From Thermoplasmata archaeon (GTDB lineage: Archaea; Thermoplasmatota; Thermoplasmata; Thermoplasmatales; ARK-15), in the NCBI GenBank assembly GCA_039794005.1, contig JBAMMA010000012.1, positions 1-60,901 on the forward strand: a DNA stretch of 60,901 nt. The letters are read 5' to 3'. Below, one piece after another: positions 39,638 to 53,725 of the stretch; position 1 is the first letter of the stretch, and each line of letters begins with the position of its first letter. The position numbers were made by a program, and so were the translations under genes. The notes beneath the pieces are model-generated. The model saw nothing but the letters and a program-made list of their open reading frames with translations. It was not told the DNA's origin and searched no databases.

Positions 39638-40906
39638 GTGAATGAAGAATTTGTTGGAATTAAGGATTATATTACGAAAACAGAGGGTATTGGTGGTAGG
39701 ATTAAAACTTATCCTGAAGATTTTGTTGTAAATGAAATTGCAATTGATATAAAAAGAAAAAGTGATGGAAAAAATACAATTTTAAAGGTGAAGTTAAAAA
39801 ATTGGGAAAACAACAGATTTGTTTTTAAATTGGCAATGCAACTGGGTGTTAGGAGAGATAGCATTTTCTTTGCAGGAACAAAAGATAAAAGGGCCGTTAA
39901 AACACAATATTTTTGCATCAGAAATTTTCATGATAAGGTGAAAATAGATCTCAAAGATGTGGAAATATTAGAATCATTTAGAACCGACGATTGCATAGAT
40001 ATAGGGGATCTTATCGGAAATGAGTTTTCAGTTATTATTAGAAATTTAAACAGTGATGCCGAGGTAAAAATAAAAAAAATATTTGAAGAATTGCCTCTAA
40101 AGAATTTTCCAAATTTTTTTGGTGTTCAGAGATTCGGTAGCTCTAGGCCAGTAACACATATTGTAGGTAAATATATTCTGAATGGGGATTATGAAAATGC
40201 AGTTAGGGCATATATAGGTTTAATATTTGACGACCATGATTCTCAAATTGAGGCAAGAAAATATTTTTATGAAACGGGGGATGCAGAAAATACTTTAAAA
40301 ATGATAGATCCCGGGAAAATGGAATATGAAAAGATCCTTTTAAAACATTTGATTGAAAGACCCGGGGATTATGCAGGTGCAATCTCAAGACTGCCGAGAA
40401 CTCTCAGAATGATGTTTATCCATGGTTATCAATCTTATTTATTCAACAAGATTCTATCAGAGAGAATGAAAAAGTATGGGATTGTAGATCCTTTAGAGGG
40501 TGATATAGTTCTGCCTGTGGATAAAAATGGACTACCAATTGAAGACAGATACATATCTGTAAACAGTAAAAACATGGATAAAATTAAGGAAAAAATTAGG
40601 GAAGGCAAGGCTTACATTTCAGCTATTTTATATGGTTCTGATAGCAGGTTTGCAGATGGTGAAATGGGTGAAATTGAGAGAAAGATCATTGAAAATGAAA
40701 ATATAAATCCAAATATGTTTAAGATAAAAGATATCAAGGATATATCAAGCAAAGGGTCTAGAAGAAGTATATCTTCTCCCGTAAAAAATTTTGAATACTA
40801 TTTTAAGGAAAATTATGCTCAACTGAATTTTTCTTTAATCAGAGGTTCATATGCCACATCTCTTCTAAGGGAATTCATGAAGGTGCCGGATCTTCTTTAT
40901 TACTGA
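39638..40906 (+). CDS. truD: tRNA pseudouridine(13) synthase
   Basis: PEDFVVNE, AGTKDKRA, GNEF, NFFGVQRFG, GSYAT..LRE; start set at GTG 39638. Confidence 0.95.
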   Translation: MNEEFVGIKDYITKTEGIGGRIKTYPEDFVVNEIAIDIKRKSDGKNTILKVKLKNWENNRFVFKLAMQLGVRRDSIFFAGTKDKRAVKTQYFCIRNFHDKVKIDLKDVEILESFRTDDCIDIGDLIGNEFSVIIRNLNSDAEVKIKKIFEELPLKNFPNFFGVQRFGSSRPVTHIVGKYILNGDYENAVRAYIGLIFDDHDSQIEARKYFYETGDAENTLKMIDPGKMEYEKILLKHLIERPGDYAGAISRLPRTLRMMFIHGYQSYLFNKILSERMKKYGIVDPLEGDIVLPVDKNGLPIEDRYISVNSKNMDKIKEKIREGKAYISAILYGSDSRFADGEMGEIERKIIENENINPNMFKIKDIKDISSKGSRRSISSPVKNFEYYFKENYAQLNFSLIRGSYATSLLREFMKVPDLLYY

Positions 40907-42413
40907 TTTCTGGAATCTTAATTTCAGAAATGTCCGTATATAGATATCCCCTCTTTTTGGCAATCCTTTCAATTGTTTTTATGAATATCCAGTATAAAGG
41001 ATATATTGAATATAAATAGGGCCTGTCCTTGAAATATTTCTTTAATATCTGTTTTCCCTGCCTTACACCATGGCTTAAACAAATCTTTAACAATTCTTGT
41101 TGAAGCTCGGTCAAATTGTATGCTCTATACCAATCTTTATTCTTTAAAACGCCCATTGGAACAAAAAACATTGGCATTATTATTGCCTTTATATCCCACA
41201 TCCTTTCAACCAATTCAATCGTTTTTATAACATCACTCTCTGTCTCTTCAGGTAAACCAACGATCAATGTCATTGCTGGAATTAATCCTTTGTCATTCAT
41301 TAGCCCTGCCCCTTCTACCACCACATCGGGCCATATCTTTGTATCAAATGGTTTGGCCTTGTTTGGCATGATAATTTCTGCAAGTCTTGGAGACCCGGTT
41401 TCTATGCCCACCTCTGCCCCCCACCAGTCCTGATCTTTTAATATAATTTCACTCACCTTTGTTAGCATTTTATCATTCTTTTCTCCAGCCAAGACTGCAG
41501 CTAAACTGGCGTGACTCCAGGCCATATTCTTATAATATTTTTTAGTAAGCTGATGCAATTTAATTAACTTTTCAGTCTTTGGATAATAATCGGTTGAACC
41601 GTACAAGGGCACGTCTTCTGCATGTAATATCCCATTTCTAACGCCTTCCCTATAATTAACCTGTAATTCCTTTTCTATCTTCTCATATGGATAAAATCTT
41701 AAGGCCCTTAACGTCACCGAACAGAATTTACATCCCCTTATGCATCCCCTCATTATTTCAATAAGACCATTTACGCTTGCATGCTTAATTTCAGGAATTT
41801 CATCCAGAGAGGGAGCATCTTTGTTGTTCATTACAACAAATCTGGGAAGTTCTTCATTGTTGAATACCTTTTTTGCCAATTCAACAACGATCTTTTCACC
41901 CTCTCCATCCACTACAGTATCAATACCCCATTGATCCATCAAATCTTTTCTATAATTCCATTGCCATGCGGACGGGCCTCCCGCTATAATTTTAATTCCA
42001 TTTTTCTTGGCCCTCCTAACGGGCTCTGAATCCATTAGCCTTGCAAAACTTTTTGCATTCAATGGTTCTTGTTTAAATATTGAGGCAAACGTAGAACTTG
42101 GAGGACCAAATCCAAAATAATCGTGATGTGAAAGCATCAAAATTTTCGCACCATCTATATATCTATCTAAATAATCTGGATCAACAACCTTTGCATCAAA
42201 TCCAGCATCAACCAATGCGGCCTCAATCTTTCTTATCCCATATGAAGCCTGCCATGGTATACCATTTTTATGCTTCATTTTTGGCGCAAACATGTACATC
42301 CATAATTTTTCAGGTAACAATATCGGAACTCCGGTTGCGCCAAAGCCTAAGAATTCTTTACCATGATGATTGCTCATCATTGTCCTGTCAGTAGTTATTA
42401 TTATATCTACCAT
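40875..42413 (-). CDS. B12-binding-domain radical SAM protein
   Basis: GGP, GEGE, RGCIRGCKFC (CxxxCxxC), GIETGS, IVGLPEET. Confidence 0.88.
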   Translation of the reverse strand: MVDIIITTDRTMMSNHHGKEFLGFGATGVPILLPEKLWMYMFAPKMKHKNGIPWQASYGIRKIEAALVDAGFDAKVVDPDYLDRYIDGAKILMLSHHDYFGFGPPSSTFASIFKQEPLNAKSFARLMDSEPVRRAKKNGIKIIAGGPSAWQWNYRKDLMDQWGIDTVVDGEGEKIVVELAKKVFNNEELPRFVVMNNKDAPSLDEIPEIKHASVNGLIEIMRGCIRGCKFCSVTLRALRFYPYEKIEKELQVNYREGVRNGILHAEDVPLYGSTDYYPKTEKLIKLHQLTKKYYKNMAWSHASLAAVLAGEKNDKMLTKVSEIILKDQDWWGAEVGIETGSPRLAEIIMPNKAKPFDTKIWPDVVVEGAGLMNDKGLIPAMTLIVGLPEETESDVIKTIELVERMWDIKAIIMPMFFVPMGVLKNKDWYRAYNLTELQQELLKICLSHGVRQGKQILKKYFKDRPYLYSIYPLYWIFIKTIERIAKKRGYLYTDISEIKIPEISNKEDPAPS

Positions 42414-42461
42414 TATGCATTACCCCTGATATTAATTGATTATTAAAAAATAATAAAAAAA

Positions 42462-42773
42462 TCAGGATTTTAATTCAATTTCTATATGTATACCATCTGG
42501 AATTTGAATTCTCATCAGCTGTCTCAATGCTCTCTCATCAGCTTCAATATCAATAAGCCTCTTGTGTATTCTCATTTCCCAATGATCCCATGTAGCACTT
42601 CCGTCCCCACACGGTGTTTTTCTTACGGGCACAATAAGCCTTTTTGTGGGTAAAGGTATGGGACCGTGTATCTCTACACCGGTCCTCTGTGCAATATTCT
42701 TAATTTCATTACATACATCTTCCACTTTTTTATAATCGTTTCCGGATAGCCTTATCCTTGCTTTATATACCAT
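42462..42773 (-). CDS. rps10: 30S ribosomal protein uS10
   Basis: [19 protein letters not shown]. Confidence 0.98.
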   Translation of the reverse strand: MVYKARIRLSGNDYKKVEDVCNEIKNIAQRTGVEIHGPIPLPTKRLIVPVRKTPCGDGSATWDHWEMRIHKRLIDIEADERALRQLMRIQIPDGIHIEIELKS

Positions 42774-42783
42774 CTGACCACCG

Positions 42784-44055
42784 TTACATCTGTTTCTTTA
42801 CCACATCTTGGCAGAGACCTGCCGCCACCGTTATGCCCATGTCTCTGACTGCAAACCTTCCTAACTGTGGAATCTCCGATGCCTTTTCGATGACAAGAGG
42901 CCTTGTCGGGACAACCCTTACAATGGCAACGTCTCCTGTTTTAATAACATCCGGTTTCTCCTGTTTTGTACCGCCGGTCCTTGGATCCACTGTCTTTATA
43001 ATCTCTGCAATCTGGCATGCTACCTGTGCTGTATGTACATGGAATACAGGTGTATATCCTGGGCTAATTACGGATGGATGGTTTAAAACTACGATCTGTG
43101 CTGTAAACTCAGAAGCTACAGTTGGAGGATTGTTTACATGGCCACATACATCTCCTCTCTTGATATCCGTTTTAGCAATACCCCTTACGTTAAATCCAAT
43201 GTTGTCTCCTGGCTCTGCTTTTTCCAATGGTTGATGATGCATTTCAATCGATTTAACTTCTCCAGACTTGTTAGCTGGCATGAAAATTACCTGATCGTTA
43301 ACCTTTAGAACTCCGGTTTCAACCCTTCCTACTGGAACAGTTCCAATACCCTGTATTGAATATACATCCTGTACTGGAATCCTCAATGGTTTATCAATTG
43401 GTTTTTCCGGCAATTTTAACATATCAAGGGCCTCGATCAATGTGGGGCCATTATACCATGGCATATTCTGGCTCTTCTTAGCCACATTGTCTCCAAGGTA
43501 TCCGCTTATTGGTATGAATAATATATCCCTATATCCAACGGTCTTCAACAATTTCTCCACTTCTGCTTTAACAGAATCATAAGCCTGTTTGCTCCATGGT
43601 GGCGTTGTTGCATCCATTTTGTTTATTGCAACAATCATCTGTGGTACACCCAAAGCCTTTGCGAGGTAAATGTGCTCCTTTGTCTGTTCTTGCACTCCCT
43701 CCTTTGCCGAAACTATCAAAATTGCAGCATCTGCCTGGGATGTACCTGTAATCATATTTTTAACAAAATCTCTATGCCCTGGGGCATCAATTATCGTGAA
43801 ATAATATTTTGGAGTTTCAAACTCTTTGTGAGCTATATCTATTGTAACACCCCTTTCCCTTTCTTCCTTTAACCTATCCATAACCCAGGCAAATTCGAAT
43901 GTTGCCTTACCCTTTTCAGCTGCTTCTTTCCTGTATTGTTCAATGATCCTTGGATCAATGGCTCCAGTTTCGAATAGCAATCTACCTACCGTTGTTGACT
44001 TACCGTGGTCTACGTGACCAATAAATACTACGTTTAAATGGGGCTTGTTTACCAT
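42784..44055 (-). CDS. tuf: Translation elongation factor EF-1 alpha
   Basis: [27 protein letters not shown]. Confidence 0.99.
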   Translation of the reverse strand: MVNKPHLNVVFIGHVDHGKSTTVGRLLFETGAIDPRIIEQYRKEAAEKGKATFEFAWVMDRLKEERERGVTIDIAHKEFETPKYYFTIIDAPGHRDFVKNMITGTSQADAAILIVSAKEGVQEQTKEHIYLAKALGVPQMIVAINKMDATTPPWSKQAYDSVKAEVEKLLKTVGYRDILFIPISGYLGDNVAKKSQNMPWYNGPTLIEALDMLKLPEKPIDKPLRIPVQDVYSIQGIGTVPVGRVETGVLKVNDQVIFMPANKSGEVKSIEMHHQPLEKAEPGDNIGFNVRGIAKTDIKRGDVCGHVNNPPTVASEFTAQIVVLNHPSVISPGYTPVFHVHTAQVACQIAEIIKTVDPRTGGTKQEKPDVIKTGDVAIVRVVPTRPLVIEKASEIPQLGRFAVRDMGITVAAGLCQDVVKKQM

Positions 44056-44169
44056 TTTTTTCCCTCCATGTATATTAATTGTTTATCTCTTCAATTACGA
44101 ACTAATATATAATATTTTTCTGAATCCTTGTTTAAAAATAAAATTTAAAAATGAAATATTTAAAAATAT

Positions 44170-46374
44170 TTATTGAGAAGCATAATATTCTTCGTCATAA
44201 GGTTCTGGTTTCAATCCTTTTCTCTCCCTGATCTTTCTTACAACCTCATCCTGTAATTCTCTAGGTACTCTTTCATAACCTGCGTTTTCGGTTGACCAAA
44301 CAACTCTTCCTGAGGTTGCAGATCTTATTGCGGATGCAAATCCAAACAGTTCGGCCACCGGTGCCTTCGCCTGAACAGTGGTCTGATAATCTTCCTGTTC
44401 TATGTTCAAAATAACTCCCCTTCTTTGTTGTATTTCTCTGGTTACGTTCCCAACTTCTTCGGTTGGCACATTGATGTATATGATTTGCATGGGCTCTAAT
44501 AAGACCCTTTCAGCCTGGCACATGGCTCCATAAATTGAGTTTCTGACAGCAGGAATTACTTGTGCGGGACCTCTATGTATGCTATCCTCATGCAACTTCG
44601 CATCCACGAGCTTTACCTTTACCCCATAAACCTTTTCATTTGCCAGAGGCCCCTTGTCCACCGCTTCACCGAATGCCTGTTTAATCAATTCCATGGTCTC
44701 GTTCAGGTATTGAATTCCTGAAGTCATGTCAAGTAAGATATTTGGCCCTTTGATCATTTCAAATCTTCTTGCCTCATCGTGATCCATTCCCAGTTCTTCC
44801 AATTTTTTAGTTATTGGTTTCTTATCTTTAAATCTATCCCCTTGAGGTATATCTCCCTCTAATATTGCTTTTATCACATTTTCTTCGAGTGGTTCTACTG
44901 TGAAATAAAACCTGTTATGTTTATTTGGTGACTTACCTTCAAATGGTCCTCCCTTATGATCAACCGTCTCCCTATAAACCACAATGGGATCCGAGGTCTC
45001 TATCTCCAATTTATAATCATTCCTGATCCTATACAATGTTACCTCTAAATGTAATTCACCCATTCCTGATATCAAATGTTGCCCGGTCTCCTGGTTAATT
45101 TCAACCTGAATAGATGGATCTGCCTTGGAAATTAACCTTAAAACATCAATCAATTTTGGCAAATCCTTTGTATATTTTGCTTCAATGGCAATCGTAACTA
45201 CTGGATCTGAGTAATGCTTCATCGGCTCAAATGGCTCAATATTTTTTATCGATGATACCGTAGATCCGGCCACAGCATCCTTAAGGCCGACTATTGCGGC
45301 AATGTTCCCAGCCTTTATTTCATCTACAGGTATTCTGTCAGGCCCTACCATCATCGCCAATTGTTGAACCCTGTAGGTTCTATCGCCCATATCGGATATA
45401 TACAATTCGTCTCCTTTTCTCAATGTTCCAGAATATACCCTTCCAACTGCTATTTCTCCAGCATGTTGATCAACTATAATCTTTGTTATCATCAATACTG
45501 TAGGTCCATTGGGATCAGCATCTAGCAAGGCCTTTCCAACATCTGAATTCAGATCCCCCTTCCAAATCTGTGGAATTCTATATTTCTGTGCCTCTGATGG
45601 GTTCGGTATATGGTGAACAATCATATCCAATACGACTTGATGTAATGGGGATTTCTTTGAAAGCGTCTTTTGATCATCATTCTTTAAATATTCATAGATA
45701 TCTTTGAATGTTATCTTATTTTTTTTCATCGATGAAACACTAATTGCCCACTTATTGAATGCAGAACCAAAAGCGACTGAACCCTTTTCTACATTAACCA
45801 TCCAGGCCTCCTTAAATTCAGGAGGCGCATACATTTTTATCAATCTATTAACATCGGAAATGATTTTAGCAAACCTTTTTTGCATTGCATCGGAATCTAG
45901 TTTCAGTTCATTTATTAACCTGTCAACTTTATTTATAAATAATACCGGTTTTACCTTCTCCCTCATTGCCTGCCTCAACACCGTTTCTGTCTGTGGCATC
46001 ACGCCCTCTACGCTATCTACCACAAGAATAGCACCGTCCAAAGCCCTCAGTGCTCTTGTGACATCCCCTCCAAAATCCACGTGTCCAGGCGTATCTATTA
46101 AATTTATCAGATATTCTACTCCATCAACTTCATGGACCATGGATGCAGCTGCAGCATTAATTGTAATCCCCCTTGCCTGTTCCTGTTCATCATAATCCAG
46201 TACCAGCTGTTTTCCGGCCAACTCTTCGCTCATCATTCCTGCCCCGGCTATGAGGTTATCAGAAAGTGTTGTTTTTCCATGGTCTATGTGGGCTATTGTG
46301 CCAATGTTTCTGATTCTTGTTATATCCTTCATTATGCTTGAGGCCTTTCTAATGTTATCCTCCTTCCTGCCCAT
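44170..46374 (-). CDS. fusA: Translation elongation factor EF-2
   Basis: [18 protein letters not shown], diphthamide loop HEDSIHRG. Confidence 0.99.
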   Translation of the reverse strand: MGRKEDNIRKASSIMKDITRIRNIGTIAHIDHGKTTLSDNLIAGAGMMSEELAGKQLVLDYDEQEQARGITINAAAASMVHEVDGVEYLINLIDTPGHVDFGGDVTRALRALDGAILVVDSVEGVMPQTETVLRQAMREKVKPVLFINKVDRLINELKLDSDAMQKRFAKIISDVNRLIKMYAPPEFKEAWMVNVEKGSVAFGSAFNKWAISVSSMKKNKITFKDIYEYLKNDDQKTLSKKSPLHQVVLDMIVHHIPNPSEAQKYRIPQIWKGDLNSDVGKALLDADPNGPTVLMITKIIVDQHAGEIAVGRVYSGTLRKGDELYISDMGDRTYRVQQLAMMVGPDRIPVDEIKAGNIAAIVGLKDAVAGSTVSSIKNIEPFEPMKHYSDPVVTIAIEAKYTKDLPKLIDVLRLISKADPSIQVEINQETGQHLISGMGELHLEVTLYRIRNDYKLEIETSDPIVVYRETVDHKGGPFEGKSPNKHNRFYFTVEPLEENVIKAILEGDIPQGDRFKDKKPITKKLEELGMDHDEARRFEMIKGPNILLDMTSGIQYLNETMELIKQAFGEAVDKGPLANEKVYGVKVKLVDAKLHEDSIHRGPAQVIPAVRNSIYGAMCQAERVLLEPMQIIYINVPTEEVGNVTREIQQRRGVILNIEQEDYQTTVQAKAPVAELFGFASAIRSATSGRVVWSTENAGYERVPRELQDEVVRKIRERKGLKPEPYDEEYYASQ

Positions 46375-46379
46375 CTAAA

Positions 46380-46946
46380 TCACCTTGCAGATGCAGCTAT
46401 CCTCTCAACTTCTTCCTTCTTTGAAATGGCGAACGAAGACATATCATAGTTGGAGGCCTTTATTATTTCCTCAGCCAAACATTCCTCTATCGGCTTTGGA
46501 TTTCTAAAGGAGCATTGCATTGCTCCCAATGCGATGTTTCTCAAAGCCACATCCAACCTTCTTGAGGGTGAAACGTCAACCGCCTTTGGAACAGCTACTC
46601 CTCCCATCTTTAATCTCGTCACTTCTTCCCTTGGGGCAGCATTTTGAATGGCATCGATTAAAACTTGAATCGGGTTCTTTTTAGTTCTTTGATTTATAAT
46701 ATCAAAAGCCTTCATTACCACCTTGTATGCGCTCAATTTTTTACCCGTGTATTTTTCTGTTCTCATCATATTGTTTATTAATCTTTCCACCACATTCATT
46801 TCCTTTTTACCCAAATGCTTTTTATTAAAAAATCCATGTGAGTGTAAAAAGTATTTTGGCCTTAGATTTATATATTTGACCAAGCTCGGATCCTTAACGA
46901 CCACTTCCTCAATATCATATTTACCAAATATGAGAATTTTTGACAT
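46380..46946 (-). CDS. rps7: 30S ribosomal protein uS7
   Basis: [24 protein letters not shown]. Confidence 0.98.
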   Translation of the reverse strand: MSKILIFGKYDIEEVVVKDPSLVKYINLRPKYFLHSHGFFNKKHLGKKEMNVVERLINNMMRTEKYTGKKLSAYKVVMKAFDIINQRTKKNPIQVLIDAIQNAAPREEVTRLKMGGVAVPKAVDVSPSRRLDVALRNIALGAMQCSFRNPKPIEECLAEEIIKASNYDMSSFAISKKEEVERIAASAR

Positions 46947-46950
46947 AAAA

Positions 46951-47379
46951 TCACCTCACGGGCTTCTCCTTTCTTCCTTTAACAAGTTCCTTTAAAGATA
47001 TACCATTCACCTTCACAACTTTGTACCTTACTCCAGGAATATCTCCTTTTGATCTTCCTAACCTACCACCAATACCCTCTATAATTACCTCATCGTGTTC
47101 ATCGATGAAGTTTATAGCACCGTCTCCCGGTGCAAAGGCAGTTACAACCTTACCGTTCTTAATCAACTGAACCTTAACAGCCTTTCTTATTGCAGAGTTA
47201 GGCTGTTTTGCCTCAATGCCTATCTTCTCCAATACAATGCCCTTTGCCTGAGGGGCTCCTTCCAATGGATCGCTCTTTTCCTTTAATTTTAATACCCTTT
47301 TCTTATAATACCTGTCGCTCCACCTTAATTTCTGCCTATTTTCCCTGAGCTTCTTTGCAGTGAATAATCCATTTGCCAT
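46951..47379 (-). CDS. rps12: 30S ribosomal protein uS12
   Basis: [19 protein letters not shown]. Confidence 0.99.
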   Translation of the reverse strand: MANGLFTAKKLRENRQKLRWSDRYYKKRVLKLKEKSDPLEGAPQAKGIVLEKIGIEAKQPNSAIRKAVKVQLIKNGKVVTAFAPGDGAINFIDEHDEVIIEGIGGRLGRSKGDIPGVRYKVVKVNGISLKELVKGRKEKPVR

Positions 47380-47433
47380 TTTATCACCATTTCTTTATTT
47401 TTATGTTCTACATATTGAATTAATATAAATATT

Positions 47434-49461
<2,028 letters not shown>

Positions 49462-49464
49462 TAT

Positions 49465-49959
49465 TTAATCCCTCTCAATGTTGTGACCCTTTATTTCCAA
49501 ACTTTCGCTTCTTTTCACTATTCCCTTCAATAATATCATGCTTATGTTCAATGCATTCTGTATATCTCCAATATAGACGGATTTTCTTGGTCCTATGATT
49601 TCCAGGATCTTCTTTTCATACTCCTTTACTTTTTCATCAGGCATCGTTGATGCATATATTATTTCTGGCATATCTGAAATTGGAACGGTTATATTTATCT
49701 GAACAGTGTCATAAAAGGTCCTATATGCAATGGTCCTCCTTCCATCCTTTGTCAATGTCCATTGTGTTTCAACGAATTTTATTTTCTCAAAGTATTTTAG
49801 AGATTTTAATCCTTCTTCCCCATATTTATTTTTGATCTCCTCCTCTGTAATCCAACCCTTCGAAAGGTCTGCGAACAAATTTTTCTTTATTTCATTATCT
49901 GAGGCATGAAAAATCGCAATTAAATCTGATACATCATTTATTGCCTTTATCTTTGACAT
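49465..49959 (-). CDS. Conserved archaeal wHTH (ArsR-like) protein
   Basis: WITEEEI..KYG.EG...L..F.K...VETQW pattern; likely start MSKIK. Confidence 0.6.
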   Translation of the reverse strand: MSKIKAINDVSDLIAIFHASDNEIKKNLFADLSKGWITEEEIKNKYGEEGLKSLKYFEKIKFVETQWTLTKDGRRTIAYRTFYDTVQINITVPISDMPEIIYASTMPDEKVKEYEKKILEIIGPRKSVYIGDIQNALNISMILLKGIVKRSESLEIKGHNIERD

Positions 49960-50007
49960 AATAATCGAAATATTAATGTAATTCATAAATATATATTTTC
50001 ATATTTT

Positions 50008-50238
50008 ATGGAAAATAGTGTAAATTTAATTATATTCGTGAAGGATGCGGAAAAATTGTTGAAATCTGTGGAAATAGAAAATCGCGGATATGTGGAATCT
50101 TTATTATTCAACGATAGAATCGAATTTTTCATCCGAAATAATGATATCAGGAGTCTTTGGAGAACCGTTGACGATCTTTTAATGGCCTTGGAAATATCCT
50201 ATAAAATTATTTATGGAGACGCCTTCCATAAACAATAA
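50008..50238 (+). CDS. pcc1: KEOPS complex Pcc1-like subunit
   Basis: Small size; S+..EN and D+RSL.R.VDD.L..L pattern. Confidence 0.6.
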   Translation: MENSVNLIIFVKDAEKLLKSVEIENRGYVESLLFNDRIEFFIRNNDIRSLWRTVDDLLMALEISYKIIYGDAFHKQ

Positions 50239-50956
50239 AAGAGGTGTGTAACAAACCCGTGAATTCCGGTCGCATTTCCAATTCGCCTATGGCCCATTTT
50301 CTTTCAATCAGCTCAATTACATTTATATCTGAAAAACCTTGATTTTCCATTTTTGCCTTCATTTCCTTTACCTGAGTTAAATTTGGAATATAGGATACCA
50401 AAATACCTCCCACCTTTAAAGATTCATACAATGAATCTAGGGAAATCCAGGGTTCCGGTATGTCTACAAAAATTGAATCCAGCTCTTTTTCTTCAACCCC
50501 TTTTTTTATATCTCTGAGTTTTGGTATCCAATGCTTAGAGAATCCGAGCATTTCAACAATTTCCTTAACATATTTTATGTTTTCCTCTGAAATATCATAA
50601 CTCGTCAATTTACCATTTTCCAAATGATAAAGGATTGAAATCGTCATGTGTCCAGAACCTATTCCAATTTCTAAAACATTGGAATCGCCCCTTACATCCA
50701 TAACTGAAATTATTTTTCCAATATCCTTGAAATTGACTGTCTGTGTCCTTTTCTGAACCATTCCTATTATATCAAATAATGTTGGCCTAACAATCATAAA
50801 TTTCAAACCAAAGATCTCTATTTCATCACCATAATTTAATCCATTAAACCTAGATGTGTTGATCATGCCCAGTGTTGGAATGAACTCCATTTTATTTGTT
50901 ATTGACAAAACATGAACCTTCCTATTTTTACTATCATAAAGTCCTATTAGTTTCAT
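50207..50956 (-). CDS. trmI: tRNA (adenine57/58-N1)-methyltransferase
   Basis: R.Q....KD, EIGIGSG, DIPEPW, YIP..TQ, RP....HT.F. Confidence 0.88.
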   Translation of the reverse strand: MKLIGLYDSKNRKVHVLSITNKMEFIPTLGMINTSRFNGLNYGDEIEIFGLKFMIVRPTLFDIIGMVQKRTQTVNFKDIGKIISVMDVRGDSNVLEIGIGSGHMTISILYHLENGKLTSYDISEENIKYVKEIVEMLGFSKHWIPKLRDIKKGVEEKELDSIFVDIPEPWISLDSLYESLKVGGILVSYIPNLTQVKEMKAKMENQGFSDINVIELIERKWAIGELEMRPEFTGLLHTSFIVYGRRLHK

Positions 50957-51029
50957 CAGGAATGGTATAAAATATCTCAATATATAAATTCAGGGTAAAA
51001 ATTTTATATTAATATTAGAATTTAAGGAT

Positions 51030-51518
51030 ATGCCAAATATATTTTCCGTTGAGATGAAAAAGGAGAATGAAAATGATAATATCATTATAGGTCAGAGCCA
51101 TTTTATTAAAACCGTAGAGGATGTATATGAAGCGTTAAAATCCTCCTGCCCAGGAATAGAGTTTGGATTTGCATTTAACGAGGCTTCTGGTAAAAGGTTA
51201 ATAAGATATGAGGGCAACAATGAAACTTTGGTGAAATATGCAATTGAAAATGCTAAAAATATAGGTGCTGGCCATATTTTTGTTTTAATTATCAGAAACT
51301 GCTATCCAATAAATGTATTAAATTCATTAAAACATGTCTATGAAATTACATGCATATATGCAGCATCATCAAATCCAATGAGGGTCGTTCTTTATGAGGA
51401 AGGTGATTCCAGATCTATAATAGGTGTAATGGATGGTAAATCTCCCCTGGGTGTGGAAAATGAAAATGATAAGATGGAAAGAAAAGAATTTTTAAGAAAG
51501 ATAGGATACAAACTTTGA
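51030..51518 (+). CDS. Adenosine-specific kinase family (DUF355) protein
   Basis: [30 protein letters not shown]. Confidence 0.9.
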   Translation: MPNIFSVEMKKENENDNIIIGQSHFIKTVEDVYEALKSSCPGIEFGFAFNEASGKRLIRYEGNNETLVKYAIENAKNIGAGHIFVLIIRNCYPINVLNSLKHVYEITCIYAASSNPMRVVLYEEGDSRSIIGVMDGKSPLGVENENDKMERKEFLRKIGYKL

Positions 51519-52237
51519 TCATTATGCATAGAAAAGATATCTATGAAATTGAGGAAAAATACTACGACTTTTTATATGGTGATTTTAATGAGGATATAAA
51601 TTTTTATTATAAAGTCTGTAAGGGAAGGGTATTAGAACTAATGTGCGGAACAGGAAGAATAACAAAACCATTGTCAAAAATGTTTGAAATTGAAGGTATT
51701 GACATAAATGATAAAATGTTGGAAAAGGCGTTTGAAAAAAAATTAAAATGTTACAAAGGTGATGTAAAGACATTCTATTTAAATAAAAAATATGATACGA
51801 TTATAATTCCATTAAATTCCATCCTGTTATTTGATAGCTTGGAAAAGGTAAAAGTATTAAAAAATTCATTCAACATGCTTGAGGATGATGGTATTTTAAT
51901 AATAGATACATTGCCCCCACCACAGCTTGAGGAATTTTTATTATATTATGGTGATCATAAATTTTCTGATGAACTTGAAATATGGCGATTTTTCATACCT
52001 GAATATTCTTCGGATATGAAAAGATTAAAATTGATTTATATTTATGAGATATTCGAAAAGGGCCATTATAGAAGGGAATCTGCGGATCTAATCCTCTATC
52101 CCGAGGATTTTGATTCCTATAAACATATATTTGAAGATGCCGGATTTAAAATAATAAATATTTACGGTGATTATAATTTTTCAGACTACGATGAAGAATC
52201 GCAGAAGATGATTTTTGTTTTGGGAAAGAGAATATGA
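51515..52237 (+). CDS. Class I SAM-dependent methyltransferase
   Basis: [20 protein letters not shown]. Confidence 0.88.
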   Translation: MIIMHRKDIYEIEEKYYDFLYGDFNEDINFYYKVCKGRVLELMCGTGRITKPLSKMFEIEGIDINDKMLEKAFEKKLKCYKGDVKTFYLNKKYDTIIIPLNSILLFDSLEKVKVLKNSFNMLEDDGILIIDTLPPPQLEEFLLYYGDHKFSDELEIWRFFIPEYSSDMKRLKLIYIYEIFEKGHYRRESADLILYPEDFDSYKHIFEDAGFKIINIYGDYNFSDYDEESQKMIFVLGKRI

Positions 52238-52662
52238 AAAAGGAAGAATTATTCCTCGAATTAATAGAAAATTTAAAGGAATATAATGAACATATTCCAA
52301 TAATCGTGGAAGGTAAAAGGGATATGTATTCTCTAAGGGAAATGGGTATAAAAGGTAAAATAATTGTCTATAATCAGGGAAAAAATATGAGCCAGTTTAT
52401 TGATGAAATATCCATTTATAAAGAAATAATAATATTGATAGATTGGGATGAAAGGGGAACCAGGTTATTTGAAAATTTGTACAATAACATGATCTCTATA
52501 GGAATAAAATGTAACGTTGAATTCAGAAATAATATAATCAAAATGCTAGGATATATGATAAAATCCGTTGAGGAATTGTCTTCATATTATAGGAGAATTG
52601 AGATCGACCTTTTATACAAGAGGCCAAAAAAATTTACAAAGAAAAACGTTGCTAACAGGTGA
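52234..52662 (+). CDS. Small Toprim-domain protein
   Basis: IIVEGKRD...L, IL.DWDERG. Confidence 0.88.
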   Translation: MKKEELFLELIENLKEYNEHIPIIVEGKRDMYSLREMGIKGKIIVYNQGKNMSQFIDEISIYKEIIILIDWDERGTRLFENLYNNMISIGIKCNVEFRNNIIKMLGYMIKSVEELSSYYRRIEIDLLYKRPKKFTKKNVANR

Positions 52663-53328
52663 AAATGTTCCTCTGTCTGTAATTACAAAATCCACATAAT
52701 TCCAAGGTATTTTTTCAAAAATATCATTAATCTTGATATCCCATGGATAGTACTTTAAGGATGATGTTATAACCATATTCTTTTTATTATGTGATTTTCC
52801 ATTTAAAAATAGTTTTCCTGTTTTAATTTTGTTTACAAAATATTTCATATTAAAAATATCTGATCCGGATATTAAAATATCAGAATTTTTTATTAAATCA
52901 TCCATATCATCATCCTTATAAAAATTTGAATCCATTATATTCCTGATTTCTTCATAGAAGATTTTTCCCTCTCCTCCGGGTAATGATTCTAAAACGTTCA
53001 CCTCTTTTACCTTCGAATTTTTAATTACGTAAAGTATTGTTGATGAATTGCTAATTACTCCAACAGATGAATCTTTCAAATAATTATCTGAATAATTTAG
53101 GATAAGATTCTTAGATATCCTCAATCTATCTTTTAATGATATTAGATAATCCTTTCCATAGTATTTGTATATATATAATATATTCAGAATCTCCCCCATC
53201 ATACCTTTTTTATTCAATAAGGTATTGAAATCAAAATCCTTATTTTCAGATATCAGTATATCAATCAATTTTTCCGCCAAGTATTCAGAACCATGCAAAT
53301 TATCGTTTATGATATCATTCAATTCCAT
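52612..53328 (-). CDS. eIF-2B alpha/beta/delta-like protein (divergent)
   Basis: D..HGS, SNSST, ESLPGGEG, NKIKT, FEKIP, ITDRG. Confidence 0.75.
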   Translation of the reverse strand: MELNDIINDNLHGSEYLAEKLIDILISENKDFDFNTLLNKKGMMGEILNILYIYKYYGKDYLISLKDRLRISKNLILNYSDNYLKDSSVGVISNSSTILYVIKNSKVKEVNVLESLPGGEGKIFYEEIRNIMDSNFYKDDDMDDLIKNSDILISGSDIFNMKYFVNKIKTGKLFLNGKSHNKKNMVITSSLKYYPWDIKINDIFEKIPWNYVDFVITDRGTFSPVSNVFLCKFFWPLV

Positions 53329-53725
53329 GATTTTCCTTATATTTTATAAAAAAATAATTTTTTCTGTTTATTCTGTCAATGATTATTGTAATATCTGGAT
53401 CCTCCAAATCCACTTTTAAATTTTTGTTTTCTTTCAAGATTAATTCTCCAACATATGGATTTATATTCTTTGAATCAAATTTTGATCTCACTGCGAATTT
53501 AATATCTTTAAAATTTTTAAAATATTCCGGGATTTCTTCAAATAAATTGAATATGTAAACTCTTTTCAGATTCAATATTTTTTCCAGATCTTCATCTGAA
53601 AAAATCAATGCTGAATTTTTTTCTTTATAAAATATAAATTCAATGTTTAATTCCCTTAATTTATTTATCATCCTTTTTAATTCAAGGGAATTATTTGCTT
53701 TCAAAAGGTATGCCTCTTTTATCAT
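53315..53725 (-). CDS. Stand-alone THUMP-domain protein
   Basis: FAVR...VG..I......KVDLEDPD. Confidence 0.7.
   Translation of the reverse strand: MIKEAYLLKANNSLELKRMINKLRELNIEFIFYKEKNSALIFSDEDLEKILNLKRVYIFNLFEEIPEYFKNFKDIKFAVRSKFDSKNINPYVGELILKENKNLKVDLEDPDITIIIDRINRKNYFFIKYKENHGIE

Noticed and set aside
44570-44600. Non-canonical EF-2 diphthamide site
   Set aside because: The motif HEDSIHRG is canonical
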